From the NCBI GenBank assembly GCA_964452465.1, contig CAYVMD010000002.1, forward strand, positions 9,702 through 73,701: a DNA stretch of 64,000 nucleotides, given 5' to 3'. Shown in pieces: positions 9,555-19,270 of this stretch (the stretch's first letter is position 1; every line of letters begins with the position of its first letter). The position numbers and the translations under genes were made by a program. The notes under the pieces were generated by a model that saw nothing but the letters and a program-made list of their open reading frames with translations, did not search any database and was not told where the DNA came from. The stretch is from an uncultured bacterium. Its GTDB lineage: Bacteria > Armatimonadota > JACIXR01.

Positions 9555-10346
9555 ATGGATGGAAGGCTCTATTATAGCGCCAAAGGGATTCGGATATATC
9601 AGGATGATTTTTTAACCACTAATTTCGTCGAAGAAGAATCGATCGACTTAATCGTTACCTCTCCCCCCTATAATGTGGACATAAAATATAACTCCTACGA
9701 TGACAAGATTCCATATGATGTTTACCTCGAGTTCACCGAGAAATGGCTCGAGAAGGCTTACAAGCTTTTAAGGGAAGATGGGCGTTTGTGTCTAAACATT
9801 CCCTTAGATAAAAACAAGGGAGGACAGCAAAGCGTATATGCCGATATCGTAAGTATAGCCAAAAAGATCGGTTGGAAATACCATTCCACGATTATTTGGA
9901 ACGAGCAAAATATATCTAAAAGAACTGCCTGGGGGTCTTGGCTTTCGGCAGCAGCTCCTTATGTGATTGCCCCTGTGGAGATGATAGTCGTTCTATATAA
10001 AAAGAGATGGAAGAAAACGAGCGGAACGAGGATATCGGACATCACAAGGGAGGAATTCATAGAATGGACAAATGGGGTATGGAGTTTTATGGGTGAAAGC
10101 AAGACAAGGGTAAAGCATCCAGCCCCCTTCCCTGTTGAACTTCCCAAAAGATGTATAAAGTTGTTCTCCTTCGTAGGGGATACCGTGCTTGATCCCTTCT
10201 TAGGAAGCGGTTCGACCTTGATTGCGTGTGTTTTGACGAACAGGAAAGGGATAGGTATCGAGATCGATGAAAGATATTGTGAAATTGCAAGGCAAAGGCT
10301 CCTACAAGAATCTTACCTATTGATAGAGGAGGCACAAATACAATAA
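9555..10346 (+). CDS. beta-class DNA amino-methyltransferase (N4-cytosine or N6-adenine), orphan
   Basis: Motif IV TSPPY near the N-terminus and motif I DPFLGSGST near the C-terminus (beta permutation); gene and flanks are ~40% GC against ~60% background; no restriction endonuclease ORF adjacent. Confidence 0.75.
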   Translation: MDGRLYYSAKGIRIYQDDFLTTNFVEEESIDLIVTSPPYNVDIKYNSYDDKIPYDVYLEFTEKWLEKAYKLLREDGRLCLNIPLDKNKGGQQSVYADIVSIAKKIGWKYHSTIIWNEQNISKRTAWGSWLSAAAPYVIAPVEMIVVLYKKRWKKTSGTRISDITREEFIEWTNGVWSFMGESKTRVKHPAPFPVELPKRCIKLFSFVGDTVLDPFLGSGSTLIACVLTNRKGIGIEIDERYCEIARQRLLQESYLLIEEAQIQ

Positions 10347-10556
10347 ATAATGGACAAACCCTATGCTCGGAGCATAATCTACTCAAGAAAAATTACTCGC
10401 AAACAGAATTTGGCAAGAGATTTATTTTAAAATTATGAAGCTCTTGAGAAAAACGATGAAAGGATGGCCAAATTTTGCAAGGAGATCCTCGATGTTTATA
10501 AAAAGTACAGGGTCAACAATCATATAAAAGAGGAATGAAACAAAAATGAAAGGAGG

Positions 10557-12944
10557 TTGGTAGGAATGATGAAGGTTCTGCTTGGGGTTTGCGCCCTATG
10601 CTTCATGCTGGGGACCCAGGCGAATGCGGGTATCACGCTTGCCAAGGATGGAAAGGCGCTCCTTCCCATCCTCATCCAACCAGGCGCCACGGAGCCGGAA
10701 CGCTATTCCGCTGAGGAGCTCGCCAACCATCTCCGCGAGATCACGGGAGCGGTCTTCGAAATAAAGGAAATCCCCGAAGGGCAGGTTCCCAAATCGGGCA
10801 TCATCATAGGTCCTGGTCATTTGGCTCAAGCGATCTTTCCGGAGGTGGATCTGCCCAAGTTCGGAGGGGAGGAGCTGACCATCCTCACCAAGGGGGATTA
10901 TCTGCTCTTAGCAGGGGGACGTCCTCGAGGCACCTTATATGCGGTTTATCGTTTCCTCAGCCAGCAGTGCGGGGTGCGTTGGTGGACTCCCTGGGCTACA
11001 TATATCCCTAAAAAGAAGACACTAACCCTCCCCAATCTCTCCATCCGGGAGAAACCCGCCTTCGAATACCGAGAGCCCTTCTGGTATCCCGCATTTGACG
11101 GCGATTGGGCAGCCCGCAACCTCTGCAATGGAAATACCCAGCGTTTGACGCAGAAGCACGGTGGGAAGATCATCTACAAGGGCTTCGTCCATACCTTCTA
11201 TTGGCTTGTCCCTCCCCAGGAATATTTCGATAAGCATCCCGAATGGTTCAGCTTGATAAATGGAAAACGCCAATGGGAGCATGCCCAACTTTGCTGCACA
11301 AATCCCGAATTGCGGGATTTCCTCACGGAGAGGGTAAGGCAATGGTTGAGGGAATCTCCCGAGGCGAGCATAATCTCCATCTCCCAGAACGATTGGGTAG
11401 GGAACTGCCAATGTGAGAACTGTCGTGCCCTGGATGAGAGGGAAGGCACTCCTGCTGCCTCGGTTCTGGATATGGTTAACGATATCGCTCAAAGGTTGGA
11501 GAAGGAGTTCCCCAATGTTGCTTTCGATACCCTTGCCTATTGGTACACCCGCAAGCCCACAAGGACGATCAAGCCCCGTCCCAATGTGATAATTCGCCTC
11601 TGCTCCATCGAATGCAATTTCGCTCAGCCCCTTGACCATCCGAGCAATAAGTCCTTCGCCGACGATATCAGAGGATGGTCGCAACTAACCAATAGGCTCT
11701 ATATCTGGGATTACACCACCGATTTCGTGAATTATGTCCAGCCCCATCCCAACTGGTTCGTGCTCGGCCCCAACCTCCGCTTCTTCCATAAACACGGCGT
11801 GAGGGGCGTCTTCGAGCAGGGTGCCTATCAATCCCATGGGGCGGAGTTCGCCGAGTTGAGGGCTTGGCTCCTCGCCCAACTCCTCTGGAATCCCTATCAG
11901 GACGACGAAAAATTGATAGACGAATTCCTTAGGGGCTACTATGGCAAGGCAGCTCCCTACATCAGGCGATATATGGAATTGATGCACGAGTCAGCGAAGG
12001 ATTATTATCTGGGCTGTTTCACCCCCGCCAATGCTCCTTTCTTCAACTTCGAGACATTGAGCAAAGCGGAGAAACTGTGGCAGCAGGCGGAATCCGCTGT
12101 GAAGGACGATCCCCAGATCCTTTGGCGGGTGAGGCAAGCTCATATGCCTGTCTATTATGCCTTCCTCAACAACTGGGCTAAATTGAGGATAGAGTGTGCT
12201 CGGGCTGGGGCACAGTGGCCTTTGTCCCTCTCCCGTAAGGAGGTAGCGGAGACCTGGCTTAAAGTGGTGACGGGTCCTGGCCCGGAGGGCTGGACTCCCC
12301 TTACCCATGTAAACGAGGGCGGGTTAACTCCCCAGCAGTTCGTCCAACGCTTTTTGACGGAGGAGGCGCTTAAGGAGGAGGCAGAACTAGCTCGGCTACC
12401 TCTCCGCATTCCCAAGGAGACCCCTCCTCCCACTGATATCCCCAACTTCGTCCCTGCGAAAGCGATCGAAGTGCAGGAGGACAAGATGAACATCGCCGAG
12501 CCGGGGACTTTGGGCAACTATACCGTGGATCGCAAAGCCTCCGATTACTTGGCGGTTTGGATGCCCGGCTGGCACCACGAGTGGGCTTGCTCCATCCCTT
12601 GGAAGGCTCTGCCGAATAAGGCGCAAAAGGGGCGCTGGAGGGTCTACGCCCTGATAAGGGTAGCCAAGAAGGAGGGGGTTGACCCCGAAAAGATAGCGAT
12701 ATGGGCGGGAGTGTATAATGGGGAGGAAAAGCAGAACAGGGCGGAGGTAAGGATCCCCATAAAAGAGACGAGCGAGGACGCCTATAAGGCATATCTCTTA
12801 GGGGTTGTGGAAGCCCATCCCAACCAATATATCTGGATAGCCCCCGGAGGGGGAGGATTAGAGGCACCCCCTCGCCTTTCCCCCGGGCAAGGAAACATAG
12901 AGGGGATCTGGGTGGATAGAGTGTATCTCTTGCCCGCCGAATGA
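10557..12944 (+). CDS. DUF4838-family (GH20-like) secreted glycoside-hydrolase-like protein
   Basis: Signal peptide MMKVLLGVCALCFMLGTQANA; hallmark GTLYAVYRFLSQQCGVRWWTP block of DUF4838; (beta/alpha)8-like W/Y-rich core. Confidence 0.6.
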   Translation: MVGMMKVLLGVCALCFMLGTQANAGITLAKDGKALLPILIQPGATEPERYSAEELANHLREITGAVFEIKEIPEGQVPKSGIIIGPGHLAQAIFPEVDLPKFGGEELTILTKGDYLLLAGGRPRGTLYAVYRFLSQQCGVRWWTPWATYIPKKKTLTLPNLSIREKPAFEYREPFWYPAFDGDWAARNLCNGNTQRLTQKHGGKIIYKGFVHTFYWLVPPQEYFDKHPEWFSLINGKRQWEHAQLCCTNPELRDFLTERVRQWLRESPEASIISISQNDWVGNCQCENCRALDEREGTPAASVLDMVNDIAQRLEKEFPNVAFDTLAYWYTRKPTRTIKPRPNVIIRLCSIECNFAQPLDHPSNKSFADDIRGWSQLTNRLYIWDYTTDFVNYVQPHPNWFVLGPNLRFFHKHGVRGVFEQGAYQSHGAEFAELRAWLLAQLLWNPYQDDEKLIDEFLRGYYGKAAPYIRRYMELMHESAKDYYLGCFTPANAPFFNFETLSKAEKLWQQAESAVKDDPQILWRVRQAHMPVYYAFLNNWAKLRIECARAGAQWPLSLSRKEVAETWLKVVTGPGPEGWTPLTHVNEGGLTPQQFVQRFLTEEALKEEAELARLPLRIPKETPPPTDIPNFVPAKAIEVQEDKMNIAEPGTLGNYTVDRKASDYLAVWMPGWHHEWACSIPWKALPNKAQKGRWRVYALIRVAKKEGVDPEKIAIWAGVYNGEEKQNRAEVRIPIKETSEDAYKAYLLGVVEAHPNQYIWIAPGGGGLEAPPRLSPGQGNIEGIWVDRVYLLPAE

Positions 12945-12953
12945 GGAATTCCC

Positions 12954-15900
12954 ATGGTTCGGGGGGCAGTTGCCGTCCTTCTCTGTAGCCTCCTTGCCTT
13001 GGGGACGGATTTCGAGATAGTAAGGGATGGGAAGCCTAGAGCGACCATCGTCATCTCCTCCCGTCCAACCCACTCCGCCAGTTTCTCTGCCTGGGAGTTA
13101 CAATACCACATTCAGAAGATAACCGGTGCCACCCTTCCCGTGGTAACCGATGCCTCACCCGTGAAGGGAAACCTCATCCTCGTGGGAGAAAGCGCCCTAA
13201 CCCGCAGTTTGGGGCTCTCCTCTCAGGCTCTTAAGGAGCAGGAATACATCATAAAATTCCTCCCCAATGCCCTCGTCCTCATGGGAAAGGACGAGCCCCA
13301 AACCTTACCCCTCGTTAAGCTCCACGGCGGTATCCGTTGGGAGCAGGGGCGCTTCGGCAAAGGATTGGCTTTCAACGCCAGGGATACCTATTTTACCGTG
13401 GAGGGCTTCCCCTTCTCCGATGAGGAGGGCTCCTTTTCGCTTTGGATCTATCCCTCTGGGGAAAGCCAAGGAGAGGGAACGCTCCTTCGCATTGAGGGTT
13501 ACGATCCCTGGACCTACCATATCCTCAGTTGGATTCCTCCCGATAGGGTCCGCTACTCCTCCTACGATGGCAAGGATGTTCATAGCATAGAATCGCCTTC
13601 CCTTTCCCAGGGCTGGCACCACATACTTGCCACCTACAGCCTCAAGGAGGGGAAGATGCGCCTCTACATCGATGGACAACCCGTGGGGGAAACTTCCTAT
13701 GCCAAAACCTCCTGTGCGGGCGCGCCATTGAAGGTCGGCGCCTTCCCTCCAAGCCCTGAGGATGTTCGCAATGCCTACGCCGGCATAATAGACGAGATAA
13801 GGATCACCAATGCTCCCACTACGCCCAGCGAGACTTTCTCCCAAACTCCTCCCACTCTCGACGAGCACACCGTCCTCCTCATCCATCTCGATGAAGGGCA
13901 GGGGATTCCCAAGGCGACGAGCGCCGTGCCCTACCTTACCCCCAATCCGCCTCCCTTCTATGAATATCAAGCACAGGGGACCTCCTATGCGGTGCATGAC
14001 TTTCTGGAGCGCTTCTGCGATGTCCGCTGGTATTCCCCAGGCGAGCTCGGGATGGTCTATCCCCGGACCAAAACCCTGAAGGTGAAGCCCAAGGATATAA
14101 AGCGTCGACCTGCTTTCCTCTGGCGTTCCCTTTGGCCTCCCTTTGCCTTTGGCATCTTGGAGAATCTATGGGGACATCCTACCCCTCAGGAGGTGCAGGT
14201 CTTCCTCGCTCGCCTTAAGGCTGGCGGCGAGAAATACGCCTGCAACCATTCCTTCTATGGCTATTACGATCGCTTCCTCAAGACCCACCCCGAGTGGTTC
14301 GCCAAGGGTTACGAAGGGCAACCCCCTCAGATGTGCTACTCCAACCCTAACTTCATCAACCAGGTGGTGCAAGATGCGAGGGATTACTTTGATGGGAAGG
14401 GCTTACATCCAGGTGCTCAGGCAGCGGGTGATTACTTCGGGCTCGTGCCGATGGATAACAACTCCTGGTGTAAGTGCGAAGAGTGCCAAGCGCAACTCGA
14501 TCCCACCCAGAGGAACGCGTTCTTCGCCAATGGCTATGCTAGCGATTACATCTTCGGATTCGTAAGCAAAGTGGCAAAAGAGGTGCAGAAGAGCCATCCA
14601 GGTAAATTCATCTCCTGCCTCGCTTATTGGGAATACTCCTATTATCCCAAACGAGTGAAGCTACCGCCCAATGTTTCCGTCCAGATGTGCCTCCACATTC
14701 GCAACTGGCCCTGGGATCCCCCCATGATGCAGAACGACCTTTCCTTCTACAGGGATTGGGTGACGAAGGAGAAGGGAAGGAGGCTCTTCCTCTGGCTCTA
14801 TTACTGCTTCCCCGAAGAGGTGGCGATGAACGGTGGCTTCCATTGTTTCCCCGGCTTCTTCGCCCACTTCGCGAGCAAGCAGTTCAAGATGTTCGCCAAG
14901 GACGGCATCAGGGGAGTATTCCTCAACGGATTGGGTGAACTTGTGGATACCTATGTAACCCTCAAACTCTTGGACGATCCCAACCTCAATGTGGATGCGC
15001 TACTCGATGAGTTCTTCTCCCGCTACTACGGACCGGCGGGTGAGCCCTTGAAGAAGTTTTACAGATTGGTAGAGGAGACATACTGCAATCCCCTGAATTA
15101 CCCCGAGGAGGTGCGCACGGGAAAGGTCCATGTGCATCAAACCGAGGAGATGGCTTGGGGCTATCTGGGAACTGAGGAGAGAATGAGGAAGTTGGGCGAA
15201 CTGATGGAGGAAGCCAAGAGGTTAGCAAAGGGAGAGGTAGAAAGGAAAAGGGTGGAGATGTGGGAGGAGGGCATCTGGCGGTATATGGTGGAGGGAAGGG
15301 AGAGGTTCTTGAGGAAGAAGGAAGTGGAGGAGAAAAAGAAGGCATACGAGGGAGAGCGCCAAAAATTAATGGGGGAGGAACCCCCATCCCTCCGCATACC
15401 GTTCTCTTCCCCTTCCGGTGGCAATCCGGATAAGGTGGATTGGAATGAGGCGGTATCGCTGGGAAGGTGGTGGACGGTGGATGGATACCCCACGGAGAGG
15501 AGGATAGAGGGAAAGATAATCCGCGATCGGGAATATCTCTATATCCGTTTGGAGGAAGCTTTGGATACCAAAAACCTCGCCAATAGCCCCGACATCTGGT
15601 CGGGGGACGATTGGGAGATATTCCTCTCCGCGGGGAAAAAGCCCCCTTATTATCAGATAGGGGTGGCGCCGGATGGAAGGGTCGCCTCCTTTCTCTACCG
15701 GGAGAGGCGAGGCAGGGGAGAGGAGTGGGCTTCCAATGTGAGGGTAACCTCCAAAATGGAGCCCGATAGATGGTTGGTGTTGATCGCCCTCCCATTGTCA
15801 TCCCTTCCCATTTCTCCCAATGGGGAAGCCTTCGCCAATTTCTATCGGGCATCCTTCACTCAGGATGACCTGCGTATGAGGGAACTCCTCGCCTGGAGCC

Positions 15901-15959
15901 CCAACTTCGTCCTAGACTTCCACAACCTCGATAGAATGGGGAGGTTGATATTGCAATAG
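12954..15959 (+). CDS. DUF4838-family (GH20-like) protein with inserted LamG/ConA-like lectin domain and C-terminal CBM9-like domain
   Basis: Signal peptide; TSYAVHDFLERFCDVRWYSPGELG (DUF4838 block); LamG-like segment (GKGLAFNARDTYFTVEG...RLYIDGQPVGE); C-terminal CBM9-like segment (DKVDWNEAVSLGRWW...YLYIRLEE). Confidence 0.55.
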   Translation: MVRGAVAVLLCSLLALGTDFEIVRDGKPRATIVISSRPTHSASFSAWELQYHIQKITGATLPVVTDASPVKGNLILVGESALTRSLGLSSQALKEQEYIIKFLPNALVLMGKDEPQTLPLVKLHGGIRWEQGRFGKGLAFNARDTYFTVEGFPFSDEEGSFSLWIYPSGESQGEGTLLRIEGYDPWTYHILSWIPPDRVRYSSYDGKDVHSIESPSLSQGWHHILATYSLKEGKMRLYIDGQPVGETSYAKTSCAGAPLKVGAFPPSPEDVRNAYAGIIDEIRITNAPTTPSETFSQTPPTLDEHTVLLIHLDEGQGIPKATSAVPYLTPNPPPFYEYQAQGTSYAVHDFLERFCDVRWYSPGELGMVYPRTKTLKVKPKDIKRRPAFLWRSLWPPFAFGILENLWGHPTPQEVQVFLARLKAGGEKYACNHSFYGYYDRFLKTHPEWFAKGYEGQPPQMCYSNPNFINQVVQDARDYFDGKGLHPGAQAAGDYFGLVPMDNNSWCKCEECQAQLDPTQRNAFFANGYASDYIFGFVSKVAKEVQKSHPGKFISCLAYWEYSYYPKRVKLPPNVSVQMCLHIRNWPWDPPMMQNDLSFYRDWVTKEKGRRLFLWLYYCFPEEVAMNGGFHCFPGFFAHFASKQFKMFAKDGIRGVFLNGLGELVDTYVTLKLLDDPNLNVDALLDEFFSRYYGPAGEPLKKFYRLVEETYCNPLNYPEEVRTGKVHVHQTEEMAWGYLGTEERMRKLGELMEEAKRLAKGEVERKRVEMWEEGIWRYMVEGRERFLRKKEVEEKKKAYEGERQKLMGEEPPSLRIPFSSPSGGNPDKVDWNEAVSLGRWWTVDGYPTERRIEGKIIRDREYLYIRLEEALDTKNLANSPDIWSGDDWEIFLSAGKKPPYYQIGVAPDGRVASFLYRERRGRGEEWASNVRVTSKMEPDRWLVLIALPLSSLPISPNGEAFANFYRASFTQDDLRMRELLAWSPNFVLDFHNLDRMGRLILQ

Positions 15960-15962
15960 GAG

Positions 15963-16952
15963 ATGACATCCCGAGAGAGAGTTAAGAGGGCGGTTTTGTT
16001 CCAGAAGCCAGACAGGGTGCCTTATGATTTGCCCCCTCCTTGGGGTAGCGATTTCCTTTGGGTGGGATGCGATCCCGATCCCGAGTGGCAACCTCGGATA
16101 AGCACGCCGACGAGATGGGAGGACGAGTGGGGGTGCATCTGGGAGCGCCTGCCCGGAGACGACAAAACCATGGGGCAGGTGAGGTTCCATCCTTTGGAGG
16201 ACTATGGGAAACTCGCTACCTACAGATTCCCCAATTACGCGAAGAAGGGAAGGTATGAAAGGGCAAAGCGAGTAGTGGATGAGAACGCAGGGGAGAAGTT
16301 CGTCCTCGCTGATATCCCCCTGAGCCTCATCCATAGGCTGGAGTATCTGCGAGGGCATGAAGCCGCCTGGACCGATCCCTATCTTTATCCCAAGGAACTG
16401 GATAAACTCCTGGACATGATCTGCGAGATAAGCATGACCGCCATCGAGAGGTTCGCCGAGATAGGGGTGGATGGGATAATCTCCGCCGATGATTGGGGCT
16501 TGCAGGATCGGTTGATGGTTAGGCCGGAGATATGGATGGAGGTCTGGCAGCCCAAATATAAGAAGGTCTACTCCTTCGCAAGAAGCAAAGGACTTTTGAC
16601 CTTCCTCCACAGTTGTGGCTATATCGTGGATATCCTGGAGGGATTGATAGATGCTCAATTGAATGTCATTCAAATGGACCAGCAGGAGAATATGGGAGTG
16701 GAGCGGTTGGGCAAGCTTTTCGGGGGGAGGCTTTGCTTTTGGTGCCCCGTGGATATCCAGAATACAATGGTGCGGGGAACGGTAGAGGATGTGAGGAATT
16801 ACGCCAAGAACCTGATAGACACCTTCGGTAGGTTCAACGGAGGCTTCATCGCCAAGTGGTATCCCTCTCCTCAGGCGGTAGGGCACTCCTGGGAGAAAAT
16901 AAAGGCGATGGCGGAGGTCTTTGTCGAATACGGCGCCCAGGTGTATAAATGA
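15963..16952 (+). CDS. Uroporphyrinogen-decarboxylase (URO-D)-family protein (MtaA/CmuA-like accessory enzyme)
   Basis: Length and composition of URO-D family members found in glycan loci (…GVDGIISADDWG…, LHSCGYIVDILE…); 4-nt gap to the upstream DUF4838 gene. Confidence 0.5.
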   Translation: MTSRERVKRAVLFQKPDRVPYDLPPPWGSDFLWVGCDPDPEWQPRISTPTRWEDEWGCIWERLPGDDKTMGQVRFHPLEDYGKLATYRFPNYAKKGRYERAKRVVDENAGEKFVLADIPLSLIHRLEYLRGHEAAWTDPYLYPKELDKLLDMICEISMTAIERFAEIGVDGIISADDWGLQDRLMVRPEIWMEVWQPKYKKVYSFARSKGLLTFLHSCGYIVDILEGLIDAQLNVIQMDQQENMGVERLGKLFGGRLCFWCPVDIQNTMVRGTVEDVRNYAKNLIDTFGRFNGGFIAKWYPSPQAVGHSWEKIKAMAEVFVEYGAQVYK

Positions 16953-17351
16953 GGCATGCCATCCAAGAATGATTCCTTATTTAAATTAAATTCCTTGCGT
17001 GATAAAAGGAAACTCCACCTTTCCTTTTCTTGTCAAGGGCATCCTGCTTTTCCTTGCTCCTGGTTACCCTATTCCTTTCATCACCATCCTTTCCATGTTA
17101 ACTTAAGCATTGCTCTCGTGAAGACCAAACAAAAAGCCCAATAAGGCAAAGGTGGGATAATGGCGAAGGGAAAAAGGTTCGACGGGAAGACCCCTGAGAC
17201 GGCGGAAGAGGTAGGGGTTGTTTTTGGCTCTTTCCTATGCAAAGGATTTTTGAGCATGCCACCATTATAACAAAAAAGTTGCAAGGCATAAGGATGTTGA
17301 CAGGCAAAACAGGAACCGAGGTAAAATTTGATAGGAAGTGCTCGCGTATGT

Positions 17352-17400
17352 TATCATTATGGCAATGTTTGCTGAAAAATCTTATGGCGCAAGAAGTTTA
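17352..17400 (+). promoter_or_regulatory. Conserved promoter/start cassette (copy 1): TATCATTAT -10-like box abutting the ATG at 17365, plus the first 12 codons
   Basis: 49-nt block about 85% identical to 19222-19270 upstream of the next gene; TTGATA at 17328-17333 gives an 18-nt spacer to TATCAT; no SD, consistent with a leaderless start. Confidence 0.4.
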
Positions 17401-18870
17401 TTAACGATTTTCGCTCTCCTCTGCCTTCCCCTTTTCCTTTGGGGCGAAACCTTGGAAAAAGCGGAGGGGGTGATCTATGGAAAGGAACTCTTGGATTTCC
17501 CCCGTGCTATCGCCCTGGCAAGGGGGAAAACGGTGATCATCGATAAGCCGTTCTACCTCTACTCCGATCTCACCATCCCTCCCCAAGTGGACATCCTCTT
17601 TTTAGGTAATGGCAGTTTGGTGAAGAGAAAAAGGGGGAGGATATCCCTCATCATCCGCGCTCCCATCACTGCCCCTCCCCGCCAGATCTTCCGCGATTTT
17701 CAACCGGGAGAAGTGATGCTGGAGAACTCCCAGCGCGCCCTCCCCCAATGGTGGGGGGCGAAGGCTAACGATGAAGAGGACGATTCCCTCCCCTTCCAAT
17801 GCGCAATCGATAGTGGAACGAGCCTTGTCTTTCTCCCCCAGGGGAGATACATCGTTAACAAACCGATAAACATCACCAATAGACCAGCGGGAGGATTGAT
17901 AATTCAGGGAGAGGGCTTCGCTCATTCCGCCGGCACCATCATCTACGCCAATACGGGAGGCGTCCTCTTCGATACCTCCGGCTCCCAATATATAGAATTC
18001 CGCGATTTCTCGGTGGAGGGTGGAGGCAATAATCCTTCCACGATCGCCTTCCTCTTCGCCCGCTCCGCAAAGACGGAATACACCAAATACGCCCAATTCA
18101 ACTCCCTTACCAATATCCGTGTGCGCCTCCCCTCCCTTCCCACCGCTAACAACGGGAATGGCACCGTGGCGGTATACAACTATGCGAGCGAACTCTGGCG
18201 AGCCTGGAACATCTACCTCGTGGCGGACCAACCCCTCGTCTTCACCGGATACAACATCTTCCAGGTGAAATCCCCCTTCACAGATCTCTGGGGAGGTTAT
18301 CCCTCCATGTCGGAATGCACGGTGGATGGGGCGAGCACCCTTCACGCCTTGGATGGAGCATGCGTGACCGTGGATAATGGCATAGCTATTCGCTTGGTGA
18401 ACACCTACCTCACGGGAGGAGCCAAGACGGAGGGGCGCCCTCGCTATGCGATAAACCTGAGGGGACCGGGGATGTGGAGTTACGCCTTCACCTTCTCCGG
18501 CCACTTCGAATACGACGGAGGGCTTCTTCGCCTGGGGGTGAAGGCAGTGAATTTGAGGCTCTCCGCCACGGGAGGACCTCGCCCTGAGGATGTGCCCATC
18601 ATCCTCCTCGACGACCCCGTTGCTTCCATATCGGGAGGAGAGATAACCTATACCCATATAGACCCTTCCATATCCCATACCTACCCCTTGATAAAAGCAG
18701 GGAAACATTCCGGGATAACGGGGGTGACGATAAACCTTTACCCGGGGCAGAGCATTTCAGCGCCGGAGGGAGAATTTAGGGGCAATATAGTAAAGTGCCT
18801 CATGCCCTTCAAACCTAAGATGGAGGTGGATTCCAAGGCGGAATACATCCTCTTGGGAGCGGCGGAATGA
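17365..18870 (+). CDS. Secreted right-handed parallel beta-helix (pectin-lyase-fold) protein
   Basis: Signal peptide MFAEKSYGARSLLTIFALLCLPLFLWG; repetitive G/N/T-rich beta-helix rungs (IIQGEGFAHSAGTIIYANTGGVLFDTSGSQYIEFRDFSVEGGGNN...); track start 17338 is an upstream GTG. Confidence 0.5.
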   Translation: MFAEKSYGARSLLTIFALLCLPLFLWGETLEKAEGVIYGKELLDFPRAIALARGKTVIIDKPFYLYSDLTIPPQVDILFLGNGSLVKRKRGRISLIIRAPITAPPRQIFRDFQPGEVMLENSQRALPQWWGAKANDEEDDSLPFQCAIDSGTSLVFLPQGRYIVNKPINITNRPAGGLIIQGEGFAHSAGTIIYANTGGVLFDTSGSQYIEFRDFSVEGGGNNPSTIAFLFARSAKTEYTKYAQFNSLTNIRVRLPSLPTANNGNGTVAVYNYASELWRAWNIYLVADQPLVFTGYNIFQVKSPFTDLWGGYPSMSECTVDGASTLHALDGACVTVDNGIAIRLVNTYLTGGAKTEGRPRYAINLRGPGMWSYAFTFSGHFEYDGGLLRLGVKAVNLRLSATGGPRPEDVPIILLDDPVASISGGEITYTHIDPSISHTYPLIKAGKHSGITGVTINLYPGQSISAPEGEFRGNIVKCLMPFKPKMEVDSKAEYILLGAAE

Positions 18871-18889
18871 ACTTCTCGCGTGATAACTC

Positions 18890-18926
18890 GGTTGCCCTGC
18901 CAAAGGCAGGGCAACCTTCTCGTTCG
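18890..18926 (+). terminator. Rho-independent terminator-like hairpin after the beta-helix gene
   Basis: GGTTGCCCTGCC-AAAG-GCAGGGCAACC perfect 11-12-bp stem immediately after the TGA, followed by TTCTCGTTCG. Confidence 0.5.
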
Positions 18927-19221
18927 CCGAAGGCGAACGAAAAATAAGCCCCTACTTTCCTTTCCTTGCCTTGTCAAGGATATTCTCCTATCCCGAAAAA
19001 TTTTAGAGAGATATTGGATGCTTGGAAAAGTGGTGGTTCCCAAAAGACAAGGATTGAAAGGGTGGGGTCTCCCTCCCCGTTGACGGGGAGGGTTGGGGTG
19101 GGGTTGAAATGCTTGTTCCAGAAAAAAAGAGGAACGGGGTATAATGCATTTGGGAAAACCACAATATAATCTCGAAAGGAATTGCAGGGCGAGAAGATGT
19201 TGATGAGAGGTTCGGGTATCC

Positions 19222-19270
19222 TATCATTATAGCGATGTTGCCTGAAAAACCTTATGGCGCAAGGAGTCTA
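19222..19270 (+). promoter_or_regulatory. Conserved promoter/start cassette (copy 2)
   Basis: Paralogous to 17352-17400; TTGATG at 19200-19205, 16-nt spacer, TATCAT at 19222-19227, ATG at 19235; TATAAT boxes also at 19141-19146 and 19165-19170. Confidence 0.4.

Noticed and set aside
10347-10556. Short ORFs (24-30 aa) in the AT-rich tail after the methyltransferase, considered as a small gene
   Set aside because: They are too short and have no SD. They are mentioned only as possible relics of a lost partner gene.
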